Assembly (NCBI GenBank): GCA_013265495.1
Contig: MU058017.1
Coordinates: 124,001 to 188,000 of the forward strand
Length of the DNA: 64,000 nucleotides
Direction: 5' to 3'
Source: Vicugna vicugna
Lineage: Eukaryota
This document shows, piece by piece, positions 52,725-64,000 of this stretch; position 1 is the first letter of the stretch; each line of letters begins with the position of its first letter. A program made the translations under genes and the position numbers. The notes below the pieces were generated by a model. The model had not been told where the DNA came from. It ran no database searches and saw only the letters and a program-made list of their open reading frames with translations.

Positions 52725-53900
52725 AATTTAAATCTCAAACTTAACTATCTTTCTGCCTCTATTTTAGTTGTCAAGTTGCCACACTCAAAATTTTCAGAAA
52801 TGTTACCTCTTTCCATACAAATCCTATGAATTTCACTTTGAAGCTATAATTTTATTCCTTACCGCCTTTCCACTTACATCCCCTATTCCTCCCCAACGAA
52901 TTGATCAACCCATCTCTAACCTCCTTAGTGCCAATGTAGTTTTTATCCTGCAACCAGAGTTATGTTTGTAAAGCACAAACCTAATTAAGCTATTCTCTGT
53001 TCAAAAGCCTTCAATAGCTTCCCTCTACAGGCAGAACAGGTTTTTAAATTTTTTTAACATGAAATTAAGGGCTGGCTCATGATTAACTTCAGTTCATCTC
53101 CTTGTTATTTTAAATGATGTCCAATATCATAATGTGATTAGGAATGCAGCTTTTAAATTAAAAAAACCCTGGTTTTAAATTCCAACTCCAACATTTTCTC
53201 ATTCAGTTACCTTGGGAAATGGTTCTAAACCTTTCTCAATCTCACACAAAATGGAAAGAAAAATACCTACCTTGTATATTTGTTGTAAGAATTAAATTAG
53301 ATAACATATATGAATGCACAGAATGAATATACATGGTAGTCATCATTGCTTTTTACTTTTTCAACTTTATTAATATACTCACCTCTGCCATATATGCCTG
53401 AGGTGGCAAACAGATGGCATTACCCAAGCCAAACGTGAAAAAGTAGTTTCTCAAGCCCTAAGAAGGATTCTGATGCAAATCAAGCTCAGCAAGAAAGAAC
53501 GCTGAACTAGATTAGCCATGGTGGCCATAGGAGAGAGTGTCAGTGGCATTGATACTACACACTACATTCTTGCCATTTGGAATGGGTGTTGTCTCTGTAA
53601 CTCCTATCTTCATGAGTTTATCCTCTTTGTTTCCTCTGCCTAGAATGTTTGATGGTTCTTTTTCTCCTTCTACCTGTCAAAGTCTTAGTTATCATTTAAG
53701 ACCCCCCAAAAATGCATAACCTTTGTCATAATCCTGCCCTTCCCATGTACAGCCAATTACACTCTGCCTCTCTATTGCAGCCTCTTTTGAATTATAATTC
53801 ACTCATGCTTCTCAGGTTTCTGCACCTTGAAAGTAAAGACTATCACTCTTTTACCATCATTTGCCCTCCAGCACCTGGAGCAGTCCTTACAATAGGCCAA
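52725..53900 (+). mobile_element. L2 fragments interrupted by a MIR (~53130-53350) and MER102
   Basis: ctgttcaaaagccttcaatagcttccc; tgtttcctctgcctagaatg; ccagcacctggagcagtcct. Confidence 0.65.
53398..53580 (+). mobile_element. MER102-like hAT-Charlie element
   Basis: ggtggcaaa...agaaggattctga...gctcagcaagaaaga...gattagccatggtggccat...ttgccat. Confidence 0.7.
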
Positions 53901-53904
53901 TAGC

Positions 53905-54130
53905 AGCAACAACCAAAATTTATGGAGTCTTAACCATGTGCCAGACTTTGCTGTAAGTACTTTTTACATATGTTAACTCACTTACACACACATCCTAACA
54001 ATAACTCTGGGTAGCTACATTATTCCTATTTATAAAAAAGGACAATGAGTTATAGAAGGCAAAATGACTTGCCTAAGGTTGTAAAAGTAGTAGCAGTCTA
54101 TCTTCTTAACAACTGTGCTGTCCACCTTCT
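53905..54130 (-). mobile_element. MIR SINE
   Basis: accatgtgccagactttgctgtaagtactttt...tgacttgcctaaggt. Confidence 0.75.
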
Positions 54131-56687
54131 TAAAGTATATACTATGTTTACTGAATTGAATTATTAGGAACATTTTCTGTCTTGGAACATTTTCTGTCTT
54201 GAACCATTGGAAATACATTTTGATGTCATTTACCTCATTTGAATATTCAGTTTGTAGACACAATGCGTGGCCAGTCACATTTTAAACGTCCACTCTAAAG
54301 GAAAGCCATTTTGCATATACAGAGAAATTTTGCTTGTAAATTTTGCAGTAGGGGCTTTGCTTGCTGAAATTCCATATCATCTACATGACATGTACACTTG
54401 AGTTCTAGCTGTTAATAGAACTGCTAGTGATGTTTTATTTCATGTTGACATTTTTTTTTGTCAAATAAAAATTTTAAATCTCTGAAAAAATTTCACACGC
54501 ACAAAATTTAATGTTGAAATTTTCCACTGTGAGATCACTGGCACTTGGCCAGAGTAGCAATCACATTGAGATGAAAAACTGTGTTCACAAGTGACAAATT
54601 AAGCCAGGGGAAACCAGGGATGTTTTAATCCCTCTGTCAGGCATGCAGATCCACACATGGGAACCTGAGGGGAGGAAGGGTGTCACATTTAACTTGGACT
54701 TTGCAACAACTTTCCCTTTCCTAATATGGGTATTTTCTTCTACCTATCGTGGGCCAAGTCTCAATAAGAGATCATGCTTTTGCACTTTCCCCCCAGAATT
54801 GAATAACCAAAGAAGAAGGTCTAGGTGGGACGTTTGCCACTTTCCTCCGGTTCCCTTGAGTCAGGTATGATGGTCTACTGAAGACCTGTATAAAAACAGA
54901 ACCAGGGATACTCCTGAATAAAAGGACAGATGTGAGATCACGGACTTACCCTGGTAGGGGAATTCGGCCAGAGCTTCCTTTATTCTAGCAGACAAGACTT
55001 TTTTGCCTGCATGAGCCTTCAGGAGACTGAGACAACACAAACTGGAGGACACACTGGAGGACATACCTTAGTTTACCATTACAATCACATAATATTGTGA
55101 TGTCAGTTGTGTTTCTTCATGACGGATATGTGTCCTGTAATTCAATTTACCCTTTTTATTTAATAAATGTCTATGTTTCACTTTTTATAATGTCCTACAT
55201 TCGAAGGGCACCTGTAGTCCTAAAGATTCAACTAAAATAATCATGAACCTTAGGAAGGTAACCAAACAGACTTGTTTAAATGAATTTGTATCCATTTAAA
55301 TTGAGTCATATGTATTTTTCCTACACTTGAGATAAAACCAGTCACTCTTTAAGGCCTCCATGAGCAATGATCCTTGGAGCAGTACTGGCTTGTTATAGTG
55401 AGCCTTCTTCTCTCCCCTCCAGCCACACAATCTTGTATTTGACCTATTACAGAAGTATTGGACATCTTTGCCTTCTATAGTGCACTGACTCAGTAGGAAA
55501 AAACTGCACAAGCAAAATAAATTTGGCTTGATTTGAGAAGTGCTAGCTTGGTTTTTCCACCTTAAAAATATTTTATAACCACACTTTTGAGTTACTGTCT
55601 TACTTCCAGGCACTATCTTTCATCTAATTTCTTTTCATCTCAGCATGTTCTTACAAAGCACTTGAAAAAATCTTTTTTTTTTTTTTACTAGAAACTATGA
55701 AGAATTTTTACAGTTGGAGTGCTCTCTGCTTTGATGGCTACAGCTCTACATTTCCAGCTATTATCTCATTTGTCCACATGCCCTTTCCTGTTAGAAAAAG
55801 AGCAAGTGTATAAAAGAAATACAAGTGACATGGTGTCTCAGCATTTATGTTTACAGTTTCTGACCCTACTTAGTATATGGAATTGGTCTAGAACTTCAGG
55901 TAGCTGCTTCAAATATATATTAACTGGATGTAAGCCTGGTCATTCGGAAGCCCCACTCCTGTGAATCTTCAGCTGGTGACATTTAAAAAAAATGATTACA
56001 AATGTTAACTTAAGATGATTAAATTATTAAAATGATTTTAAAATCTTAATAGCTACATTAGAGTGTTCTTCCCCAAGTGAAAATTTTACTCCCTCTGAAA
56101 ATTGCCAACTTTTGGGGAAGAATTTGCTAATTTGAAGCAAGATTTTGATCTAATGATAACTGGGAGAGAGATCCTATTCACTTTTCTTTAACAGCAAAAA
56201 TGGATTTCATTAACTAGTACGGTAAAGAAGAAGTTGAATTAAGAGTTCTACTTTCTTTTCTTAGTAGCTATTTAGTCTGGAAAATATTCCAATTTCTATC
56301 TTGTAGGCAACAATAACTATTTTCTGATTCACTTGTTACACATATAAAGGAAGTCATTGATGGGGACAGAATTAAGAACTATAAGATTTATACAGTATTT
56401 TCCCATATCCATCAAATTTTGTTTAATCTCCACTGTGCCAAGTAGAAAACAAGTACTAAGTGAAAATAAAATACTTAGTATTTATTAAATAAATGGATGA
56501 ATTTACATATTTAGATTTTAGTACAATCTATGTACTTATATGAACCATGTTTATTCCTGATATATGTGGCTATTACTCAATCATAATTGATTCATTTAGT
56601 TGGAAAATGGCTGAAGTGACATTTCTAAATATTGTTTACATTGGTTTATATTGCCTGCCTATATTTGATTATTTTAGGCAGTTTTGT

Positions 56688-57045
56688 TGTAGAAGGTGGT
56701 AATTGTTCTCTTTAGTGTTTTCCCCAAATTATTCCCAGTAAATGCTTAGTAAGTTTGCGCTTTTCTGCTCCCTTAGAAATAGATGGGGTCATTAACTTGT
56801 TTGGCTAATGGAATATGAACAGAAGTGGCATACGTTAATTCCCAACTGAAGCTATAAGGGCTAGTATCTTATTTGCCATGCTCTTTCTTTTCCTTTGCTG
56901 TAACAATTGACCACATTCCAGATAATATATGCTTCATCAGCCTGTGTCCAACAGTGAGGACAAGGCAGATCAGAGCACTGTTTCAATCTGCTCTGGATAT
57001 AGAGGATGTTCTTTATTGTAGCATAAACTAACCCATTCTGAGACT
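56688..57045 (+). mobile_element. MaLR LTR (MLT1I/J-like)
   Basis: tttggctaatggaatatgaacagaagtg...ttgccatgctctttc...ttccagat...catcagcctg...gtagcataaactaaccc. Confidence 0.75.
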
Positions 57046-57049
57046 GTGT

Positions 57050-57430
57050 TATCATGAAAACCAAAGGAAGAGTGTTTCTGGAATAAAGTATTGATTGACA
57101 GTGCGAAGTGTTAAAGAGTGGTTAACTACTGTAACAGTTAAAGAATGTCCACTGTATTTGGCTACAGGAAAGCCATTTAAATTTTTTTTTTAATTTCAAT
57201 GAGAATAGTTTCTATAGAGTGATAAGTATGAAACCAGACTGCAATAGGTTCAGCAGTAAGGGAGAAGTGAGGAAATAGAAAGAGTAATTGTAGAAAACTC
57301 ACAAAATTTTTCTGTGAAGACAAGGAGAAAAGTGAGTTAGTAATTGGAGGGAAATGTGAAATTCAGAAAGGTGGTTTTCCTTCAAGACAGAGACTTACAG
57401 CATGTTAAAGTGTTGATATGATGGAGGCAA
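57050..57430 (-). mobile_element. L2 fragment
   Basis: aaccaaaggaagagtgtttc...gtccactgtatttggc...gaaaccagactgca...gagacttacagcatgtt. Confidence 0.7.
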
Positions 57431-58009
57431 TAGAGAGTGAAAGGAGGAAAAGAGGAAATAATAAAAAGGAGCAGGGCCCTGACAAAGCAGAAAATGATGA
57501 AATCCAGGCAGAGGCATGAGACCCAGATAGGAGAAAGGACCTTTCTTCACCATAATAAGAGAGGAGGAACAAAGATTTGGTGGCACAAAGTTGGAAGAAG
57601 TGGAGACTTTGGATGGCTGAGAAGTCCAAAGTGGCATCAACTACTGAGGATAAGTGAGGAGATGGCAAATCCAAAATTTTGAGAATAGAAGTTTATGAAG
57701 AAGACAGAACATTTGTGTATGACTAGTGAAATATGGAAGTTCTGTTATTAAGACTCAGTAAGACACCACTTTCAACATAAAATCAAAGAACAGAGAGAAG
57801 TATAATGCCAGGTCAAAAATCAAGACTCATGTTTGAATTTTCAGGACAATTTAAAAACATTAACTTATTGTTTTATTGCCAATTAAATGAGCTGGAAACA
57901 TTAAACTATCCTACTCTTAACTTCATATATTCTTTCTTCCAAATAGTTCTATTACATTCTTTTCAAAGTTATAAAATATTGCATTAAATTTCCAGTTTCC
58001 AGAAGGCAA

Positions 58010-59070
58010 AGTAGAGATCTTTACATTTTCTTCTGCTGCTTTTGAAAGTCATAACAAAACAACAAGAGTTAAAGAAACAGAACTATAAATCCTGTGCTTA
58101 ATCAAATTCAAAGATATCAACAATGCTAAGTTATGATTACTTAAAGAAAAAAGAGGAATTATGAAAATCTTAGCAGAGAGAGGAAAAGTCAAATTTAGAC
58201 ACTTGTGTGTGGTGGAGGAAATGGAGAAAACTGAAAAATGTTAACCAATTCACCCCAGAGAATTTCACAAAAGGCTTGCCAATTAGGGGCATGGGGAATT
58301 TTTAAAAAGTGGAGGTTAGGTAGAAATCTGATAATATGGCTCTGAATGGTTGTATACTGAGTTTTTATGCCTCAAGTGTCCACTCCAACCTGCAGCATCA
58401 GATGACTGCCTCCCTTCTACAACTCTAGGAGCCAGGGGAATTTGTTTCAAAGAAATTGAGTCAGTAAACTCCAGAAACTGAAATTTCAAGCACACAAGAG
58501 GGCAAGCATAAGATCCTGGACTGAAGGAGAAAAGACTAAGTCTAAGTCTGCATAGTAACTACTAAGACTCCAGCCTGTCAAACCTGCCTCCTGAGCATCA
58601 GCAGGAGGGCTCACAGCTCCGAGGCAGAGGGTTAGAGGTGCCAAAAATTGATATACAGACACAGAAGTTTGTAGCATCTGTAATGGAGATATCAGTTTTT
58701 CATCCAATTGTTTTAAAGGAAGCTCACCAGTTGGCATTCCACATCCATTCATGCAGAACTCCAATCAGCTATCACAGGTAAAACTTTTTTAAAGAGTTTA
58801 ATATATAGTAAAATAAGGTAAGAGAATTACTGAGAAAGTAGGATTAAAATGCAAATTAAAAAGATATGAAAATTAGAGGATCGGCATCCAATCAATAATA
58901 ATTGAGAGAAAAAAACGATGGAGAGTAAATTATCAAAGAAACAATAGAAGAAAATATCCAGAATTGAAGGGCACGAAACCACAGATTAAAGAATTTAAGT
59001 ACGCTGGAAACACTGAACATGGAAAGAACCACACCAAAAAAAAAAAAAAATTCAGAAAAATTCTAGTGTG
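58010..59070 (+). mobile_element. Very old L1 5'/ORF1 remnant (L1ME/L1M5-like)
   Basis: agatatgaaaattagaggatc...aaattatcaaagaaacaatagaagaaaatatccagaattgaagg (ORF1-like IIKETIEENIQN.). Confidence 0.55.
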
Positions 59071-61192
59071 CATATTTCCTCATTATGGTCTAGCTAATAA
59101 AAGTGTCAGTCTTGAGTATATACTAGTCAAAACTCTATTGTTCCCAACGAAGCCTCCTTTATCAGAAATAATTGTCTTCACTAATTATGATTCCTTCACC
59201 TACTCTAATGGTCAATAGTTTTTGCTCTTATTCCATAATAAAAAGTTGGCTGTATAAAACCTTTCCAGACTACACTGGTCTCCCTGTCCAATCTTCTGAA
59301 TCTCACACAAAACAAACTAAAATCTAATTCATTTATTTAGGTCTGGCATCAATAACTTACTCTAACACCAATTAGTTGTCAAATTTTAAAACATCATAAT
59401 TCTATGGTCACGTATTCAATCTAGAGAAGTTCTTCCATCTCTCAAACTAATTGACTTTGACTTCTGTAATCACTTACTTTTTTAAGAACTCTCATTTCTT
59501 GAGAAGGATATGAATCTTCTTTTTAGGTGAACTGCACATTAAAATTATATGTATTCAACCAGTTTCTTCAGCATCTTACTCAAAAAAGATGTGACGCTCC
59601 AAAAAAGGAACTGACTCCCCAATTTTTCTTATTTAGAAAAATTGGACTTTCACTGACATTTCCAATAACAGAGGCCCATTATCATTTGTAGAAAATACTT
59701 CTCCTCATATTTCTAAAATTATACTCTAAAATAGTGCATATCAAGCTTTGTCTGTTTCAAATTTAGCTACTTTCTATTAGTATCAGGTGAACATGAAAAC
59801 CCTACCCACCAAAGAACATGGGAGAAAAGATGTTATTCATCTGTTACTTACCTGAGGGAATTCTAGGATATTTAACATAGAGATTTAGTAAAAATTATTG
59901 CCCTCAAGTCATCCTTTACTGATTTGTCTGACTGAGTTTTAATACCTGTGTAAGGGCTAAAAATGCATCTGTTACATCATAAGGTAACTGCCTGACATGA
60001 AATCTAGCAAGAAATCCTGTGTCTGAGACTTGATCTGCTGCTATTTATTTGATGGTTAAAGATGTCAGGATAAATCCTGTGGTTTATAGCACGTCCTGAT
60101 TTTCAGTGACTAGAAATGAAATAACCTGGACTTTTTCTTTGATAATAATTAATTTGAAGAAAATTTCTAGAAATTCTCAAATGCCTGAATATCTGTTCCC
60201 CTTCTAAAAGAGATCTACTAAAATTAAAAGCATAAGTTTTGAAAACTAAGAAGCAGAGAGTCTACCATGTGACAGGATTTCAGTTTACTCTTGCATAATG
60301 AATGACTGAAAGAAAACACTGAATGAGTGGGTAAGTTAAATTACATGAAGGCACTGTCCATCTGTTGGTAGCTCCACAGAATTCAGAGGTGATAGATCTT
60401 TCACCTAATATTCAATGTTTAAAAAAAGGAGTAGAAATGGTTAGAGGAGGAGATTATTAAGTATAACCCAAAGAGCCACAGCTTCACCAGTTGTCGAGTA
60501 TAAATGATGTTTCTTTTACATAAGTGCCCAGCATTCTATTTTTCTTGGTAGACTCCAAATTTTGAAAGAATGACTTTAACCCCATCCCCACATAGGCCTC
60601 CTGAGATTTCAGACTGCTTCTATTTTCTTCCACTGTAGTCTCCTCACCCAGCTGCTTCAGTACTGCCTCTTCTTTCAGTTCCCTCTCTTCATCACAATGG
60701 TGCATAGAAATTTGCTGCTGGGGCTATACTAAGCCCCAGGTTTATCAGAGCTGTCCTGTGTTCTGTGACACAGTGATCAGGTTAGATATGAGGCAGATGT
60801 TGTGAAGAAAAAAACACGATTTCCCAAGAATATGTTGCATTTTCGTCTCCATGACTTCAAATGAAGATAAATTTATCTAAGCCCTACCCAGCTTTAGCCT
60901 GAAACTCCTTTTTTATGGGCTCAAGAATACTTGATCAGGACTAAGGATAGGTTAAGGACCAAGTTTATCCTTTCCCTCTGTATTTCTTTTATACTTACCT
61001 TTTCTCCTTCGTAGACATTCCTGTACACACACTATTTCACTACCTTTTACAAAAGCCCCTGTGTGTATCATATTCAAGCAAATTTTCTCAGGAGTTGATA
61101 GCCCAGACTTTTACAAACAGTATTCAGTCTGGATTGAGCTAAGACACTTTGAACTATACAAAAGGAGACAAGGGGTAGATTCTGTTATGTGG

Positions 61193-61583
61193 TATTATGA
61201 GCTGAATTGTGTCTCTCCAAAATTTACACATTGAAAACCTAACCCCTAGTACCTAAGAATATGACTGCACTTGCAAATAAGGTCTTTAAAGAGTTAATTA
61301 AGTTAAATGAGGTCACTAGGATGGGCTCTAATCCAGTATGACTGATGCATTTATAAAAAGAGGAAATTAGGACACAGAAATGTTTCAAGGAAAGACCATG
61401 TGAAGACATGGCGAGAAGATAGCCATTTACAAGCCAATGAGAGAGGTGTCAGAAAAAAACAATTCTGCCAACACCTTGATCTCAGACTTCTAAGCCTCCA
61501 CAACAGTGAGAAGATAAACTCTGATTGTTTAAGCCACTCAGTGTATGGTACTTTGTTATGGAAGCCCTAGGCAAACAAATCCA
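61193..61583 (+). mobile_element. MaLR solo LTR (MLT1B-like)
   Basis: gagctgaattgtgtctctccaaaattt...aattaagttaaatgaggtca...ctaatccagtatgactg...ggtactttgttatggaagccctag; 5-bp TSD tgtgg / tatgg. Confidence 0.9.
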
Positions 61584-61616
61584 TATGGTATAAACTTTAA
61601 AAAGAGAAGAAGGAAA

Positions 61617-62599
61617 TAAAAAAACAAATAAGCTATTCCAAAAATGGGCAGAAGAACTAAACAAGCAATTCTCCAAGGAAGACATACAAATGGCCAATAG
61701 GCACATGAAAAAAATGCTCAATATTGCTAATTATCAGAGAAATGCAAATGAAAACTACAATGAGGTATCCCTTCACACCAGTCAGAATGGCCATCATTCA
61801 AAAGCCCACAAGCAAATGCTGGAGAGGGTGTGGAGAAGAGGCAACCCTCCTACACTGCTGGTGGGAATGTAGTTTGGTATAGCCATTATGGAAAACAGGA
61901 TGGAGATGATTCCTCAAAAGACTAAAAATAGACTTACCATATGATCCAGCAATTTCACTTCTGTGCATATATCCAGAGGGAACCTTAATTCAAAAAGACA
62001 CATGCACCCCAATGTTCATAGCAGCACTATTTACAATAGCGAAGACATGGAAACAACCTAAATGTCCATCGACAGATGACTGAATAAAGAAGTTGTGGTA
62101 TATTTAAACAACAGAATACTACTCAGGCATAAAAAATAATAAAATAATGTCATTTGCAGCAACACAGATGGACCTGGAGATTATCATTCTAAGTGAAGTA
62201 AGCCAGAAAAAGAAAGAAAAATACCATATGATATCACTTATATGTATAATCTAAAAAATGGACAAACGAATTTACTTACAAAACAGAAAAAGACTCACAG
62301 ACATAGAAAACAAACTTATGATTACCAGTGGGGATAAGGGTGTGGGAAGGGATAAACTGGGAGTTTGAGATTTGCAGATACTAATATATATACAATAGAT
62401 AAACAAGTTCATACTATATAGCACAGGGAGCTATATTCAATGTCTTGTGGTAACCTATGGCGAAAAAGAATATGAAAATGAATATATGTATGTTCGTGTA
62501 TGACTGAAGCATTATGCTGTACACCAGAAACTGACACAACATTATAAACTGACTATACTTCAATTAAAAAATATATATACCATAAATAAATAAATAAAT
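61617..62599 (+). mobile_element. 5'-truncated L1 (older camelid-lineage type), single 3' UTR
   Basis: MANRHMKK... ORF2 C-terminus; 17-bp TSD aaaaga(g/a)aagaaggaaa at 61600-16 and 62600-16. Confidence 0.92.
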
Positions 62600-64000
62600 A
62601 AAAGAAAAGAAGGAAAGAGGTGATACAATATCTGACCCCTGGTAGACATATAAGGCAGAAAGAAGGAAGGTTAGTATAAACTTTATTCCTTTCTTAGGAA
62701 ATATTGTTATGCGTCTAAACATCTCAGTTTTAAGGGTATGGTTAGACAAAAATTCACAGAGCTGGAAAAGACAGGAGACTTTTTTTTCCTATTTGTTTTT
62801 TCAATTAATGAAATGGAGGCTCAGAAAAGTTAGGCTCCAAGTTCAGTCAGTGTAAAAGGAAGCCAAGTACCTAATTCTAGGAATGGAGTACAGTTAAAAA
62901 TTCAGAAAGAAATGCCTTACCATTTCCAGGAGTATGATAATTAGAAAGGGAGAGTATCTCAGAACATGTTGGCAGAATGGTATTAGCAAAAGAGCCTCAC
63001 AAGATGGGTGGCAGCCCCATTTCTTTGAAAGCTACAACTCAGCCAGCCACTCAAATGCTTCTAATATTTCCTTCTACTAGCCCCTTCCCTCCACTCACTT
63101 TCCCTTTACTCTAAACTTAAAAAGAAATATATATTCTATAAATGATATATATCTGAGAAAAGAAGAGTGACATGAGATGGCTTTGGGTTGCCAAGCTTGA
63201 AGGCAACCTGGTTACCCATTTTGATCTGTACTCATCCTTGTTGGCAGAGATCATAACAAGACAATGAATTGGCAGGAGCTGTTTTTAGCTAGAGTAAGAG
63301 TGGATGAAGATTCTCCTCTAAATTTCTATACCAAGGGACATATTAGGAAGGAAAATCAAAACATTTTTAACACCGAAAAACCTTTTCACGGACTCTCAAA
63401 GTTAAATACAGAAGTCACTGAATCAAGGTCACTTGTGTCTGCTCTGCCATTGTCTCAATTCTAGCTGCTTTGGGGCTTGATTCAAAAAGGAGGTTGTCAG
63501 ATTTGGGCTCAGAGAACGAAAAGTGCCTGTTTTCCAGGAATGTTAGGCTGAGGTAATACATCGCACTTACACAGCCCTCCCCAAGTGGGGGAAATGTCAG
63601 GGTTTTACTAAGAAATAATTGCTTCTGAAATGGTAAGAAGGGAAGTTACTCTTGCATAAGCATGGCTGTCCTGACTGACTATAATTTTTGTTTTTAGTTT
63701 GCTCTTTGTTTTTAGTATGCTCAGATAGCATAAATCATCATATTCGGACAGTTTAACTTTGTTCAGCTATAGTTTGATTTTCTGGTATACTAAATCTAAG
63801 TTAAGTGTTAAAATAAATTGGAGCCAAGCTTTACATTCAAGCAAAGTCATAAAACTCTACCATATTTAAAAATAAGGTAGTTGCTTACCAGCATAAAAAG
63901 ACTGAGTATTGGTTTCATTTTCTATTGTTTCCTATAGGGAAGCATTGATATTAATGCCAAATTCCAAGAAAAAAAGAAATAAAATGAGTTTAATAGGAAC

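Noticed and set aside
60484..60705. 73-aa acidic, protein-like ORF (MHHCDEERELKEEAVLKQLGEE…)
   Set aside because: No family recognised, no convincing splice or retrocopy hallmarks; a purine-rich strand explains the E/K content. A tBLASTn search would settle it.
47315..61000. Several strong minus-strand splice donors (GTAAGT near 47320, 54947, 59850, 60996) suggesting a spliced gene or lncRNA
   Set aside because: The count is not clearly above chance in AT-rich DNA and the adjacent sequence has no recognisable coding frame; RNA-seq is needed.

Overview
Mammalian, AT-rich, repeat-dense DNA with no intact protein-coding gene that I can recognise (intergenic or deep intronic). A tRNA-derived Vic-1-type SINE and the style of the young L1 3' UTRs point to a camelid genome. 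Roughly half the window is L1 of several ages, often nested, plus L2, MIR, MaLR LTRs, an ERVL/LTR16C provirus relic and DNA transposon relics. The standout is a ~630-bp CpG-rich insert (39799-40432) splitting an old L1. On the + strand it ends in AATAAA plus a short A tail. On the - strand it contains what looks like the CENPS (APITD1) promoter, first coding exon (MEEEEGAEEQQPFLYRQ), splice donor and ~115 bp of intron 1. It therefore appears to be a retrocopy of an ANTISENSE transcript that moved a promoter-exon-donor cassette, with E2F, Sp and CTCF motifs, to a new locus. Other oddities: a 474-bp near-perfect tandem duplication in a young L1, a 209-bp identical tract shared by two otherwise diverged L1s, L1s with tandem double 3' ends, and an inverted gag segment in the ERVL relic. 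Repeat family names and the CENPS match are recalled from memory, not searched. Boundaries of old repeats are approximate.
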